From: Microbotryum violaceum
Lineage: Eukaryota
Reading direction: 5' to 3'
NCBI GenBank assembly: GCA_001244265.2
Contig: CDLV01000004.1
Location: 868,001-932,000 of the forward strand
Length of the DNA: 64,000 nucleotides
In this document: positions 41,786 to 55,396 of the stretch, one piece after another
Layout of the letters: every line of letters begins with the position of its first letter
How positions within the stretch are numbered: the first letter of the stretch is position 1
Notes under the pieces: generated by a model
What the model saw: only the letters and a program-made list of their open reading frames with translations
Database searches by the model: none
What the model was told of the DNA's origin: nothing
Translations under genes and position numbers: made by a program

Positions 41786-43030
41786 ATGGGAGGATCTGCA
41801 TCCGGGAATGACGAGGAGATTCAAAGTCTGAATGGGAAGGGCATGCTGAGCTCAGCTTGGAGTAATTGTTCTGACTCAAGGGTGTGCTTCGCCACGTTCG
41901 GCTCAGGTTCGGGCTGATTCGGGCTGACTCACGTTCGGGCTAAGTCGGCCAACTTTTCGCTGACGTGTCGCCTCGGTCCACGCCCTGCAGCCAGAAAGTA
42001 CCTCGATGCGGATGGCATGTACGTACGAAACGACAAAGGCGATATGAGCTTGTGTGAGTTTACTTGCAAGCACGAGCAAACTGACAACGTCCCTTAAGAT
42101 CGGCTTCGCGTAGGTCCCGGCAATTTCAACGAGCAGAACCCGACCACCGACTAGCTCTGACTTTCTTGCACCACTCGTAACATTCCTCGACCCAGTAGGT
42201 GATGCAGTAGCGGCAGAGATTAGAACACCTGTTCCGGTCCAAGTGTATGGGCCGCTTGCGGAGATCAGCTTGGAATGGTCTCACAGCTAGCAACTGCCCG
42301 AAGAACATCATCCCAAGAACGCGCGCAGACTCGTCTGTGCCAGAACAAGCACCTACACTATTGTGGAGGAACATGCTGCTTCGAAGCAATAGGAATCGTC
42401 AAGTATGTAAGTAACACGCGCCGGTCCTTACCTTGACTGTGCGCTCGCTTGCGCGCTGACCAATCACTTCTCCCTCGGCCCTTGCAGAATCGACATGTTT
42501 ACTTGCGGTCACATCGGATGACCGGCTCTAGAGGCCCGGGCCCGTCAAGAACCAAGAAGACCAATCAGAACCTCAACAAAAGCCTACAGATCATCTACCA
42601 GAGAAACCTTGGCAACCGTCGAAACGAAGAGGAACAAGACAAGGATCAGGGACAGGACAAAGAAGACGTCAAGGAGTTGGAACGCAATTGAAGGACTTGA
42701 GGAAGCGGAGCACGCGCGGCAGCTGCGGATGATTTGGACGCCAACAATCCAAACCATCCGGCTACGGGTCAGATATGGTAACGAAGGTAGACACTTGCTA
42801 GCACTAATACATACCACAATATGTACTACAACATCTGGCATGCAATATAAAATGGCTGCATAAACATTAGTAATATGAACGCGAGCATTAGTAATTTATG
42901 ATACAGGCCCTGATGAGTAAACCAATGCCAATTGAGCTCGCATTAGCAATTAATGATATAGAACCTATTGAGCAAGGTGAATTAAGCTCGATCACGCTCC
43001 CGAAAAGAGCCCCTATTGAGACTTTTTGGA

Positions 43031-43210
43031 TGGTATTACCCATTAAAAATGGAAATACCCCGAACCGAAGGGAATACCGTCTGCTTGGGTAATACCATAT
43101 TCACGTGGGTAATACCCATCTGAATGGGTAATACCGCAGCCCAGGGAATACCCATCTGACAGGGGAATACCCATCTGAACAGGGAATACCCATCTGAATG
43201 GGTATTCCCC
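43031..43210. repeat. GGG(T)AATACCC(ATCTGA) subterminal repeat array
   Basis: About 9 copies of the motif, which also occurs at 27745-28060 and 37752. Confidence 0.8.
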
Positions 43211-43589
43211 GCCAAAAACGTCGCTCAGTGACATGTGTGGCTACGCCGCGCGGAAGCGAGGGTCGGGGGCGCGCTGCGCGCGCCACTTTTTAGCGTGCTT
43301 ATATATATAGCCAGAGGTGCTTGAACGTTTGAACGAGCAGCCCACGTCGATCGCGCCTGATTAGCTCGACGACTGTTTGACCTTGACCCACTACCAAGCT
43401 CAACACCTGGTCAGTGCTCCGTACGACTTTAGTCGATCCCGCCTCTTGGACCGTCGGCGGCGACACGCCCCACGCACAACAGCACCATACAGCTCCCGAC
43501 ATCCGGTCGATCGTCGACTCGTGGCCCACCGGCGCCGACCATAGCGACCCAGCGCCGTTCAGTCAGCACAGACCAAGACCCGGAACGAG

Positions 43590-46500
43590 ATGATCGACAA
43601 GCTGGTGCAATACGTCTTGGAGGAAATCGCCATGGACGGCGATGAAGGTCAGTGCATAGCTCCCTCCTCCCCGACGACGATGACCGGCCACAACACACCA
43701 GCCCAGCCCAGCCCAGCCCAGCCCAGCCCAGCCCAGGTAGCCCCAGCCCAGGTAGCCCAAGCCAGGTAGCCCAGGTGGGGTGGGGGTCTCAACCGCCGTG
43801 GAGTGGATCCCGGCTTGGACGTGGGCTTCTTGAGTGCGCTGGCTGGCTTCGGCGGGGAGGCTTTTAGACGTCATGATCGATCGGGCTGTCCCAATAATGC
43901 TGCGAGACTGTCCCCGTGCCCGTGGATTGAACGAGCAGTCCCGTCGCGGGCGTTACAAGGACCACGCCCGCCCTCACTTAGAACTGGACACTCGGTGTGA
44001 TTTCTCGCTCTCATTGGCTTGCCGTCGTCGGTGAAACTCAGCCTCGTCACTCTGCCCGTCGCCCCATCTTCTCCCGATTTTGTCATCTCCGTTGATACTG
44101 TTCGCTGATCTGTCTTGGTTCGACAGGGACCGACATGACCCGACTCACGTCCTTTATCCGAGAAGCTTCGACCACGACCATCTCATTCGACCCCTCCTCA
44201 CAAGCCTCAACCTCGCAGGTAAGACAAACCATCGACGACGCCTTTGTGTCGTATGTCTGGTCTATCCTCACCGCACAAGAAGACGTCCACGTCGGCGTGC
44301 TTGAAAGGAGGAACGAAGTGGCCGAAGAGGTCGCCCAAGCCGCCTCAACGAGCAGCAGCCCGAAAAAGAAGGGCAAGGCCAAGATCGAAGGTGGAACGCC
44401 GACGCATACCATGCGCTACCTCGACGATACTACCCCTTCGAGGGACGAGTTCATGGAGCACCATGGCTCGGAACTGCGCATCGTCGTCGGCGCCGATACG
44501 GCGTGGCTCGCCATTACGGGCTCCTCAACTCGACTGACCGCGTTGACACCACCCGTCTACGCGCTCCTGCAATACGTTTCTCGAGGGCGCGGTGATGGCG
44601 CAACGGTCGTGACCATCGGCAAGCACATCGGCTATGACCAGAAGAGCACGTTCCACTTTGTTCGCGTCGCGGTCCAACTCGGCGTCGTCAAAAAGTTCCG
44701 CACCACCGATCACGGTAGTTGGACGAACCGCGTCGTGCATGTGCGCTACCTCGACCGATCCAAGGAATGGAAGATCCACAACCTCAACGAATCGGCCGAG
44801 GACGAGGAAGAGATCAAGGCCGGCAAGGGAGCTGACGCGGAGCACGACGACGACGACGAGAACGCACTCCTCGAGGCCGCTGGCGCGGCAAGGAGGATGA
44901 GTGCGATCAGTCACCGCCACATCAATACCAACTCGGAGATGGTACTCAAAAGGATTGTGCGAGCACTCAAAAAGCGCGAGGGCTACTTCATGCCCCATTC
45001 GCAGATTGCACCCACGATCGTCAGTGGATCCTAGGCTATTACCACTTTCATGTCCTGAATACTGACGAAGCTTGCCGGATGCGCCTTCACATCATCGACC
45101 AGGGTCTGTATCACTATACCTGCAAGGATTTACGACGACTGAACAGCCTCATCACGATGATGGCCAAGGACGGCGTCATCGAGAAGCTCGTGGTCACGGA
45201 TTTTTCGGGTCGATCGAATGCGCAGACTCCATGCGTGCGCCTCGTCGACGTCGATGCCTATACCGACGGCGAAAAACCTGGACGCATGTTCGAATTTGAC
45301 GAGGAGCAACGACCCGAGGACGATGACTCGCCCCATGCCTACACTTTCGTTCCGCTGGACCGACAGATGCTCGACCTTCTCGCCGAAGCCGGCGCCGAAG
45401 GTGCAACCTGCGCCGACTTATCGGTGGCGCTGGGCGGCATCAACATGAGGACGATTGATCAGACATTGACGAGGCTGATGAGAGAGTCGTTGGTGTCTGC
45501 GCAAACAAAGGACTACTGCGTCAAGATGATGACCGAAACCTTTGGAAGGGAGAAGCGTTCGAGGTTTTTTACGGCTGCTGGCTACGTTGCCCGGTGCCGT
45601 CAAGACGGAGCCGAGGTGCGGGACGGGGCCAATGCGCTCGACTCGGACGTGGTCGGAACGTGGCAACCCATCGAACAATGCTACGACACCCTCGAGAGCA
45701 AGAGAAAGTGGACCGGTGAGCTCGATCTCCGTTCCGGGGCCACCGTCAAACGAGGCAAAGGCAAATTCCACGCCATGGAAGCGAGGGAAACGTTGTGGAC
45801 TCGAACCGGCATTGCAAAGAGGGTCCAGGCACCCCGACGTGCCCCGATCAAGTTACCGAAACCGGTCAAGGCTTCCAAGATGGTCAAAGCGTCTAGAAGT
45901 GAAGGTTAGTCGAGTTTTATCGAGTTTATCCGCAACTTGAACGAAAATACACTCCCGTTTCTTACCTTTACTGTGCTCATACTTTCACAGCTGCCACAGA
46001 TGACAATGCTGAGGGCGGAACGCAGTCAGCGAGTGAAAACGTATCGTCGCCGGCACTCAAAGGCCCTCGTGGCCGCCCTCGCAAACAACTCCTAGAGGAG
46101 GGCGTTCTCACGTACTACGATAGGCGCAAGCTCGAAGACGCTGAGCGACAACGACTCGGGATGCTGCCTCGCCAGAAAGGCTGGAAGCGGGACCAAATCA
46201 AGGCAGATCGAGCCGAGTTCGTAGCGCGACAGGAGGCCGACAGGATCCAGAGGGGGCTTCCTACGCCCTCACCACATCCCGTAGTCGAGAAGAGATTGAA
46301 AGGGACCGGAAAGAACGCGGCGTCCACAACATCGGCCAAAGACATGGCGAACGAAGCGATGCCCGTCTCTGGCGGACCACCGGCCGAGGATGATCAGTCC
46401 CCCGATCATTCCTCGTCCGACGGAGCCGAGGAGGCTGCAATAATGCTCGGCCTTCGATCCCTTGCGAAAAAGCCCCGTAGTACCGTTGAGACTCTGGCCT

Positions 46501-49500
46501 GTACGCACCAAATCTCAGCCGAGCATGAGCCCATCCCTGAAACAGTGGCCGCGGTTAACACGGTCAGGCGACGCGGCCGGCCTCGTTCTCGTCCAGTGGA
46601 CGAACCGGTGACGTCTCCCGTGTCGGTCGAGCGTTGCATTGATACCGTTGTATCTTCTGTTGTGTCAAGCCTGGTGGAGGAGCCCGTAGTTTCACCCGTG
46701 GCCAAGCGTGGACGAGGCCGTCCGCGAAAAGCTAACAAGGCCGGTGAAGTGCAAGCTACTGCTCCGCGCGACGAGCCGGACGACCCCCAACGGCCGCAGC
46801 AATCACAATCCGCCTCCGCAACTGATGCCCCACTCCTGGAGCAGCCAACTTCGTAAGTCTTCATGGCATTGTAGGTACAAATACGCGTGGCTCGAACTGA
46901 TTCGGCCCCAAATGACACAGAGCCCCGAGAAGGCCGACGAGGGCGTCGGCAGCTTCATCATCGCTGGCGGAACCTATTACCCCTTCGCGCCTCGTTGTTC
47001 ATAAGCGCACACGCTCCGGGAGAGACGACCTCGACTTGGAATCGACGCATGCTGCGACCCCCGTGCCCTCGAATGCACCCGTCGGCCGTTCTGACGCTCC
47101 AGCGGAGGATAACGGTGCACAGCCAGCAAAAGCGCACGGAAGTCCCGCAAAGAAGCGGCGCGTCGACTTTGCCATCAAAGAACCGTCTCCGCCCTCGAGC
47201 GCATGCCAGGAGTCGTCGCAGCGAATCGAGCGCCGCGGCTCTCAGGTGGTCGCGCGATCAAGTATCGACGCTGCCCGGCCGTCGGGCACTCCGACTGTCT
47301 CACCCGGCCACTCGACTCCGACTGCGACGGCCCGCTCCTCCCAGCAACAAGGACGCTCTTCCGTCCTCGTCACCTCCAAGCGTCGCAGCGAGATCCTGTC
47401 GTACATCGAACACGTCGGAGGCATTACTGAACTATTCTTCAGGCTCAATCAGGCGATCAAGGACTTTGTCGAGTCTCGATCAGGCGATGATCGCACCGGC
47501 ATGATGGATCGCAAACATCTCGCCAGGCTTCTCGGCTCTTTGGTCGACCGGGGCTCGCTTCGGCGCCTTGTTGCGCAGTCAGGGGGTGTGGCGTCTCGGG
47601 TTGAGGTTTATTACCTGCCATCAGTTGACGTAGATGGACCGCAAATACGCGAGTTTCTGGCAAACCTCTCGACCCGAACCGGCTCGACCCGTGGCAAGTT
47701 GGTGATGCGTTCGGCCACCGAGACTGCTCTTATCAACAGTCAACTGCCCCACGACGACGCTTCCCGGCAGGTCGACAAGAAGGATGTGCCCGCCGCCGGC
47801 TCTGAGCGAGAGGTCATCCGCGTCTTCTTCAGACAAGCACCAAGCGTTTTGGGCGCTCGCTTCGGGGTTTACTATGGCCGTTACGCCCGTGCCCGGCATT
47901 TACACTCGTGGCTGTGGAGATACCTCAGTGAGCTCTCCGAAGTCGAGCAGACGTCATCCGGTCTAGTGCTCGCCATGGAGCCCGATCCTATCATCGCGCA
48001 CGAGCTGTTCGAGACCGAGATGCCTCTGGGCGACTATCTTCGAGTCGTGCAACTCCCCGTGGAATCGGAAGAGCTTGACGATTTTGTCCGAGATGCGCTC
48101 AGCTTGACCACGCGATTGAAGGACTTACCCCCTTCCATCCTCGCCGTTCTCGCGCCTCGATCAGCGAAGCGGCGGACCAGTCTTTGGGCGACATTGCAAG
48201 AGCTGATGGATCTGGAGTTGATTGCACCCCTGGCTCCAGCCGAGGAAACCTCGGACGAGGTCTCGCTTCTCGCCTCGCTCCGAACGCCTGCTCGCATTAA
48301 GTTTGCCACCCACTGGACCATCCTTCGACTCGTTCCCTTGTACAAGTTTGCAACCTCCACCAAGCCGCTCGTTGACACCTGCAGCTTCACGACGGGCGAT
48401 GACGCGCGTTCTTACTGGTCCCGGCTGCGGAGACTGGCATTTCCTTCATCGAAGCCCTCGCCTGCCGCGATCGTAGACGCGACCCTGGCGAAAGGATTTG
48501 CGCTGACGAACCCTGCGTCAAAGCGCATGGCGCAGTACATCAGCTCCACGACCAAATGGTACGACCAGTACATGTTGCTGCCCGACCAGCGACGCTTCCT
48601 CACACGCCTGCATCGCTACGACCACGATCTGATTAACGACAACGTGCGGATCGCGCAAGTCGCCGACGATCTGCTCGCCCCCGTTCCGGTGGTGGAAGCG
48701 TTCTGGCGCAAGCTTGACCACCGAGGGCGGGTAGCGGGTGAGGGCCCCATGGGCAAGCGTCATCGACGGCAGAGTAGCGCTCGTGGGCGCGGGCGCGGTC
48801 GTGGCCGAGTAGTGCAACGCACTCAGCGGAGCATCAAGAGAAGGCGCGTTAGGGCGGAGGGTGGATCGCAAAGTTCTCGCAGCGACAATGAAGACTTGGA
48901 TGAAGCGGCGGAAGCGTACGGCGCGCGGCAAGCTCTCTTGAACAAAGCGAACGATGCAGCGGCCCAGCGTGCGCGCGACTTCGACGCACTGCTTCAACGC
49001 TTCAAGTCGACTCACAGCAATGTCGAGCTCGATCCGGAAGTTGTCGCCTACGTCAGGAACCGGTTCTGCGCCGCAGGCCGTCATGCTATCGACCTTCGAC
49101 AAGTTGAGCTCGAGCTTCGTGCCTTGTTGCCGCCGATCGACATAGACCACCTCGACCCATCCTGCTACAAGTCAATAGTGCCGCATGCGGTGTTCTCCGC
49201 CAGTCGGTCTAGTCAGGATCCGTATGCCATACCTCGATTCTTCAAGTCGATGCGTCGCAAACCGAAGGCGAGCGCACAGGCGATGGAGGCCGTCGGCAAC
49301 GTCAACACAGAAAACGCTGGTGCGCTTGCGCCATCGCCAAACCCGTCGACGTCGGCGGCGCACAATCCACAGAATGAATTCCTAAATGCCCCAGCTCGCG
49401 AGGTTCCCTCGATCGCGTCTGGACATCGACTGCCGCGCAACTTCATGCGTGAAGATCAGATCGACCTGCTTTTCGACTGCGTAGCCATACTTAAAGCACG

Positions 49501-51481
49501 TGCCGCGCACCTCCGGCGCAAGGTGATCTTCACGCCTCTTGCAAAGGTGTTCCCGGCCCCTGCTTACGGCAAGCTCCGCCAAGTTTATGGCCGTCGCATC
49601 GAGACCTCTCCTGCCGATGCGGCTTACTTCGACCGGCTGCAGGCATCCTGGTCGCAGACTTGGATGGAGCACGGTGGGAATCTCCCCGACCCTAATCCCA
49701 CTGATCCGGCCGATTTCGATCTCGTCGCATTCGTCAGGTTCTTGCGGAAACATGTCGACAAACGAGCTCTGTGTGTTCTTCATCCCTCGCTCGGCAGGCT
49801 CCCGTTGGCGCTTTGCTTGTTGCTGACCAAGACATCTCCGTACTTTCATGGCTCGCAGTCGCTTGGGAGCTCCAGTCGCCAAGCCGATCGCCCTCGTCGA
49901 GTTGCCCGAAACCTCGGAAGAGCTCGACGCATCATTCGAGATCGATAGGAGCAATATCTCGACCTCGGCGGCGATGCGCTGGGTCGAGTTTTGGTCCCGG
50001 TCTCAGGCAGCGAATCTGGTTCGAGAACGAGCAGCGGCCAACGTCTCGTTCGCGACTTCATGCAAGTCGATTGATCCTCCAGGAGCGGCAGGACCGGATC
50101 TTCATCGCTTCAATCTGGCCCAAGGTGTCTTGAAGGTAAGATGAGCTCTGTCCTGTTCGTACTGATGCGCAGTGCTGATGCGCAAAATCGAGAAACGTCG
50201 CTGCCCTACAGATGGTTCTTGCTACGTCGCGGTCCGTCTACTCCGAGGAAACAGCAAAAGAACTATTGGCCCTTTTCGAGCCTTTCATTGATCAAGCCGT
50301 CGCCGATCTGCTCCACGGCCAAGTCATCACCCGTCGCAACAAGGACTCCAGTCGTCGAGGGCCAGGACGCAACTTCATCTTCTCCGAACGCTTTCTCGCC
50401 GCCCTCGATGATTCGCCTGCCCCTCACCGCCTACGCGACGCACAGAACATGGAGCACGAACTCGTGCAAGAGGATGCGAGTATCCTCCCCCTCGACGTCT
50501 CGGACGGAGCGATGCTTACGCTGGTCCGGATTGTGGCCCTCGACCTAGCCACCCTCGAGATCGACACGTCTCCAACGCAAGAGCTACGTGATCCCGATGA
50601 CTACCAGACACGCACCAAGGATGACGAAGCGATCGAGTGTCAGGTGAATGTGACTGTCAGACCTGGCATGACCTTTGCACGGCCCACTACTGCCAACGAC
50701 TTGACCCCACTTTCCCGCCCCCACTCTGGCTATACCGACGACGCGACCAAGCTAGCGAAGGCCCGCGGATTACTAAACGGGGCCTTGCACGCTGACGAGC
50801 AAGCTGCGCTCGAGCTGCATGGCGAACTCGTCAATGCTGGTCGTGATGGTCTTAGCGCGACTGCGGCCATGGACTTGCTTTCGATCTTTCCAAACTTGGC
50901 GAGCTTTGAACGCGCCGCCAGCGTGCTGGTCTCTACTGTCCCACCCTTGGCTTTTTGGGCCGGTCTCCGGGTACCTACGCTGATCGCCTCGCAAGAGCTT
51001 TCGCGCTGGTGCATTCGACTTCCCAACCAAGTTACCAACGAGCCCAGCGATCCCGAGAACACCGAGACGCTGGCGCCTTTCGTCTTCCCGGCACTTTGGA
51101 TCGATATTCGTGGCGAGACCGTACTGGGTATGTGGGTACGAATCGCATCATGGGTTCGAGGATTGATATCGCGGCACGCTGGAGCTACTATCGTCAGTTT
51201 GTTCGGTCTTGCGCCGGTGACCGTTTGGGAGCGGCATTCACTGACATTGGCCGAATTTGTCACGACCGTAGAGTTACCTCGCCGCAGAATGCGAGTCCAT
51301 AAAACTGCTCACCTTCGTCGAATTGATGACTGCGATTGAGACGCTCGAGCTAGAAGGGTATGTACAGCGCAAGCCTTTCGAAAACGCTTTCCACGCTGCT
51401 TCGGAGATGAGACCAGTCGGCGCGGCTTTGCAGCCCGGCTGGACTGAGGCGCGGTGGTTCTTGGCAGACAAGTGGTTCTGA
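43590..51481 (+). CDS. TFC3: RNA polymerase III transcription factor TFIIIC B-block-binding subunit (tau138/Sfc3/GTF3C1), multi-exon
   Basis: Exon 1 MIDKLVQYVLEEIAMDGDEG is a typical N-terminus. B-block winged-helix segment at about 44550-44750 and three AT-hooks. Introns include 43648-44126, 45020-45101, 45905-45990, 46853-46920 and 51193-51271. Ends WFLADKWF-TGA. Confidence 0.85.
43698..43775. repeat. (CCCAG)n microsatellite in TFC3 intron 1
   Basis: About 8 perfect units, then GGTAGCCCA variants. Confidence 0.9.
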
Positions 51482-51823
51482 TACCCATCGAGTGTGGCAC
51501 ACGTACGCGTGCTTTCTGCTTGCCTCAATTCTATCTACTTGGGTATGCCCCATTTCCCTACGCTTGTATCTATGGCTCGAATTTAAGGCTTGTATTCAGG
51601 CATCATGGGACTAATAGCTGCCCAGAAGACCACCCATCTATCTTGCCGGCCGTATTGTTCTTGCGCAGTCTACGTTTGGTTTTCGGTCCACTGCAATTGC
51701 AGCGACATCGTGTTGTATAATACCAGTCGAAACGGCGGCAAGGCCGCACCTTTCTCTAAGGTGCCCATATATCTAAAGAACGGTTTCAGGTCCGATCTAG
51801 ACGCACCCAGTGCTTGAATAAAC

Positions 51824-52260
51824 ATGGACAACAACAACAACACCAACAACGCCAGCCCTGCTACTATACCACCTCTTCGCCCTGACCCTCCCGATCCTCC
51901 CGGCCAAGCGCCCGCCACCATCACCAAATCATATTCCGCCGCGGTCGGCGCCCGCTCCGCTGCGAAGCACGGCAACGCCACCGCCAACGCCTCGACTGCC
52001 GTCGCCGCCCATCCCCTGATGCACAACATCGAGAATTGTGTCATCATCAACACCCCACCCTCAACCTCGGTCGAGCAAGTCCTCCTCGCGCTTGACAAAC
52101 ACTACCCTGGCCTTACCGGCGCAGCGTCATCAAGGGTCAGCGCGGCCTCCGCTTTCCAAAGGCCGCCGATCTCGACACCCTGGTTGCCAACGGCCTTACT
52201 GTTGGCAAGACTCTGTGCAAAGTCGAGAAGCTGTACAGCTCTACTAAAGGAGGTGTTGTA
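51824..52260 (+). pseudogene. Truncated LINE ORF1 N-terminus
   Basis: PDPPDPP and SYSAAV motifs typical of LINE ORF1 starts. The frame degrades after about 52120. Confidence 0.5.
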
Positions 52261-52429
52261 CAATGCACCCTTACGGGCTTTTTCTCCGACCCCGAGGGCC
52301 TCCGCCTATTCGATGAGCAGATCGCTGCCTATGGCACGGTCCTCCGCCGTCGCATCCAATACACTGGAAAAACGAAACACATCTCTGGGGTGTACGACTT
52401 TATCCTTGCAGCAAGAAAGGCCAAAAAGA

Positions 52430-52857
52430 CGACCGTTTAGACCGGTGCCGCACCTGGCCGGGAGGTTCGCCATGGTTCGGCGCGCGCGCGCGAAGTTTTT
52501 CACGGTGTGGGACCTCGAGGAGGTCCATAACGGTGTGGGCGCTTGAGGTGAGGTTGGTCACCGTGCATTCACTCGGTCCAAAGGTGGCACCTTGGTGCTC
52601 AGGTTTTCGGATTGTGCCGAGGTTCTCCAATTTCAGAATGAGGTTCTCCGACTTCGGCGTCAGGTTCTACAACCTCGGTGGTAGGTTCGGTAACTTCGGA
52701 ATCAACTTCTCCAACTCCTTGCCGAGGTTGCCAATGGTTCAAGACCAGGGGTCGGATTGCGCACGGTTCGCTTCGTTTACCAAGGGTGGAAGACCGGTCG
52801 AAAAAGTTTGCACTCCTGAAACCTCCTTGATGCGGTGGACACGTTCATAGTACACTG
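52430..52857. mobile_element. DNA-transposon end with AGGTTC-rich subterminal repeats; Tc1/mariner-like CACTG|TA terminus
   Basis: Repeated GGTTC/AACTTC motifs ending ...GTACACTG followed by TA. The partner end was not found. Confidence 0.4.
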
Positions 52858-53559
52858 TACTGTTGGATCTTTTTTAACTGGCTGTAGCATAGGATTTCTG
52901 GGTATGCAAAACTGAGTAGTAAAACCGAAGATCTACTGAGATACAGTGGGCAGTATGGCACACGGCAGAAGCGACGTCCGTTCGTCTTTGACTGATAAGC
53001 ATCTGTGTACAGGACCGATCCACCTGGCCTCCGGCTTCAGAGTCCATTCCTTGCGCCAGAGCAGCTCGACGGCGTGCGGGAGAAGTATGACTCGGTCATC
53101 GAGCCGTCCCTTAGGTCCGAACATCCGCGACCATCCTCCGAGTCTCCCAGTAAGTCGCAGCCGATTCGCCATCCTCAAGGCGCCAGCCGAGGTGTCATTT
53201 GATATATTTATGTGCCTGTGGTATCTGCGCGGTTGCCCGTGCGTTTAGTCATTAGTCATTTTGATATTGGAGTTCGCTCTGTTTAAGTTAGTTAGGGAGC
53301 GCGCAGGGCTTCCTTCCCGCGCGGCTGTTTACTCTCTCCTGTCGGAAATCTATCTTCCGCGCTCGCACCGTTTCTGCGACAGTGACGACCTCGATCAAAG
53401 ACCGGTCAGTCTGCCCGATAACGATTTATTGCGCGGGATGGCCAGAGCTTTATCATTGATTGGACCGACTTCCTTTTCCTCTCCAAAAAACAGTGTAGAA
53501 AGGGCTCGTCCCATGGGTCGTGTCGACGGGGAAGCAAATCCGTGCGTTCGGCCTGGAAG

Positions 53560-54057
53560 TCACGCCCCCGGCGACCGATAAGTTGCCAAGTGGCTTAACG
53601 AATCCGAGGTGTCCGCCGCTCATCGAAAGCCTTCCGACGTCGAATTTCCAGCGTGGTATTGGAGAAAAACAAATCGCATCTTGTACCACTCGAAAGTACG
53701 GTATGACGATCGGATCCGAGCTCGACGGGTCACCGTGCGCGTCGGCGATTTTGTCGTTTTTGGTGCTCCATCGGATTCAAGGGACCGTGTCGTATTCGCC
53801 CAAGTCGAAGCAATATTTAGCGTCGGACGAGACGGAAAGTTCACCTTGCTCCTCGTCACCTGGATGGACGAGAGTCAAACGCGTAATCTAGGCTACCTTG
53901 GCCAGGTTAGAGTGCTCCTTTCCACGCGGGGACTGTGGAGCGACCGAGAGTCATCGGGCTCGATGCCATCTCGAGCGAGCAAGGTGTACCGATTCTGAGG
54001 GATTACACAGAGCTGGGACTGCACATCATAGTCCCTTACCAAGTTTCGACAATCTGA
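53560..54057 (+). pseudogene. C-terminal beta-rich (BAH-like) fragment, as found on CACTA/Plavaka-type transposases
   Basis: VTVRVGDFVVF...FAQVEAIF...LLVTW pattern. Confidence 0.35.
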
Positions 54058-54208
54058 TGGAGTGTTCATGTGATCTAGGGTCACTTGCAATGACGTCGCA
54101 TGAAAATTGCTCCAGTCTTCAAAGCGCTCTTCCTGCCGTCGGCCTTGTCGGAGGCACGGACACTTCGATGAAATCGATGCAGCAACCTTGCTCCAATCTC
54201 GTCAATGC

Positions 54209-54340
54209 TTTTTTTTTTTTTTTTTTTTCGATGCCACCTGTTGATAAGAGAGAGACTTCGCTTGGGAGTGTGATTGTGAAGCCTAGGGGTAGTTCATTAA
54301 GCTCGAAACCCTCCACTCTGTGGAGGGGCTTGTACCTTAT
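54209..54340 (-). mobile_element. 3' end of a retroposed element: poly(A)20 plus stem-loop
   Basis: T20 at 54209-54228. Perfect hairpin CCCTCCAC-TCT-GTGGAGGG at 54309-54327. Confidence 0.55.
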
Positions 54341-54859
54341 CCGCGCGTTTGGCTCAGTTGCCTATCGAAATTTGGCCCAGAAAACTACCACCTTGCTGTA
54401 GCATGGCAAATAAAATCAATCTATACAATCTGTTTCACTAGGCGCATTCTTATGCTATTCTTTCGAGCGTCTACCCAAGGAAAGACTCTTACAAAGCCTA
54501 TTCATTGAGCTACAGCGGTGAGAAGTCGTTATTTTCGTCTTGGAGCTGGCTCGCGCACGGATCCAGAGGGACGGTTCTTCGCGCCGACGTGAATCAGCCA
54601 GTCGCGCCTCACCGGTCTCACCTTTGGTCCACAACGCCAGTCCACGACGTCGCTACCGCCCTCATGATCCACCATGCCCGTACAAACGCCAACACCTGTC
54701 AAGGGCACACCTCGTCGTCTCCATCAATTGAGTTCAGAGAGTCGCCCTTACGATCAGCTTCGAGGGCAAAGCCAACGACATCAAGGGACCATCACTCAAC
54801 CAACACAACCCCCGAACTGCCTACCCGTCGCTCTCGGGCTGCTTACTGGAGATCACGAT

Positions 54860-55380
54860 TAACTCAAAAAGATCGAGTTGGCCCGATTGAGTTACGCAAG
54901 AAGCTCAGACTCCTCTTGGTCGACAACTTTGGCGAGGACTTTGTCCCCGGCCGGTGCAAATCGAAGCTCTCGCGGGACTTTTCAGCATGAGCGGTTCAAG
55001 ACTCGAAATCAGTATGACACTGTGTTCGTCATTGCTCCAACGGGTTCCGGGAAGAGCTTGATATTTCAAGCCATGTATTTGGTCTACGGACGCCGGGCTG
55101 TGACCATAGTTGTCAGTCCTCTGACTGCACTGAGCCAACATCAGGTAGGTTTTATTTGGTTGGCCGTTGAGGCGACGCCGGTGCTGAGTCCCACGGTCTT
55201 GATTGAGATTGTCGGCCTGTAAAGGTATCAAGAGCGAAAGAAAGCGGTTGTCATATGCAAGGAAACATGGGGTGACGGAGAGCTGTACCAGCAGTTGAGC
55301 GATCTCTCCCATACTGTCTCATTCATCTTTATCGTACGTGTCCATTCAATCCGCCGTAGGTTTTTGCATGCTCACAACCC
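54860..55380 (+). pseudogene. RecQ-like SF2 helicase, N-terminal fragment
   Basis: Q-motif (P)RPVQIEA, Walker A APTGSGKS and motif Ia VVSPLTAL..HQ. Two frameshifts near 54948 and 54983. Truncated before the DExH box. Confidence 0.8.
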
Positions 55381-55396
55381 CCGTACTGATAGCTTG

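Noticed and set aside
41601-41790. ATGGG direct repeats as a solo-LTR TSD
   Set aside because: The enclosed sequence starts CG, not TG, and has no inverted termini, so this is likely chance.
54209-54228. Poly(T) as the displaced tail of LINE-3
   Set aside because: LINE-3 has its own tail at 59528-59537.
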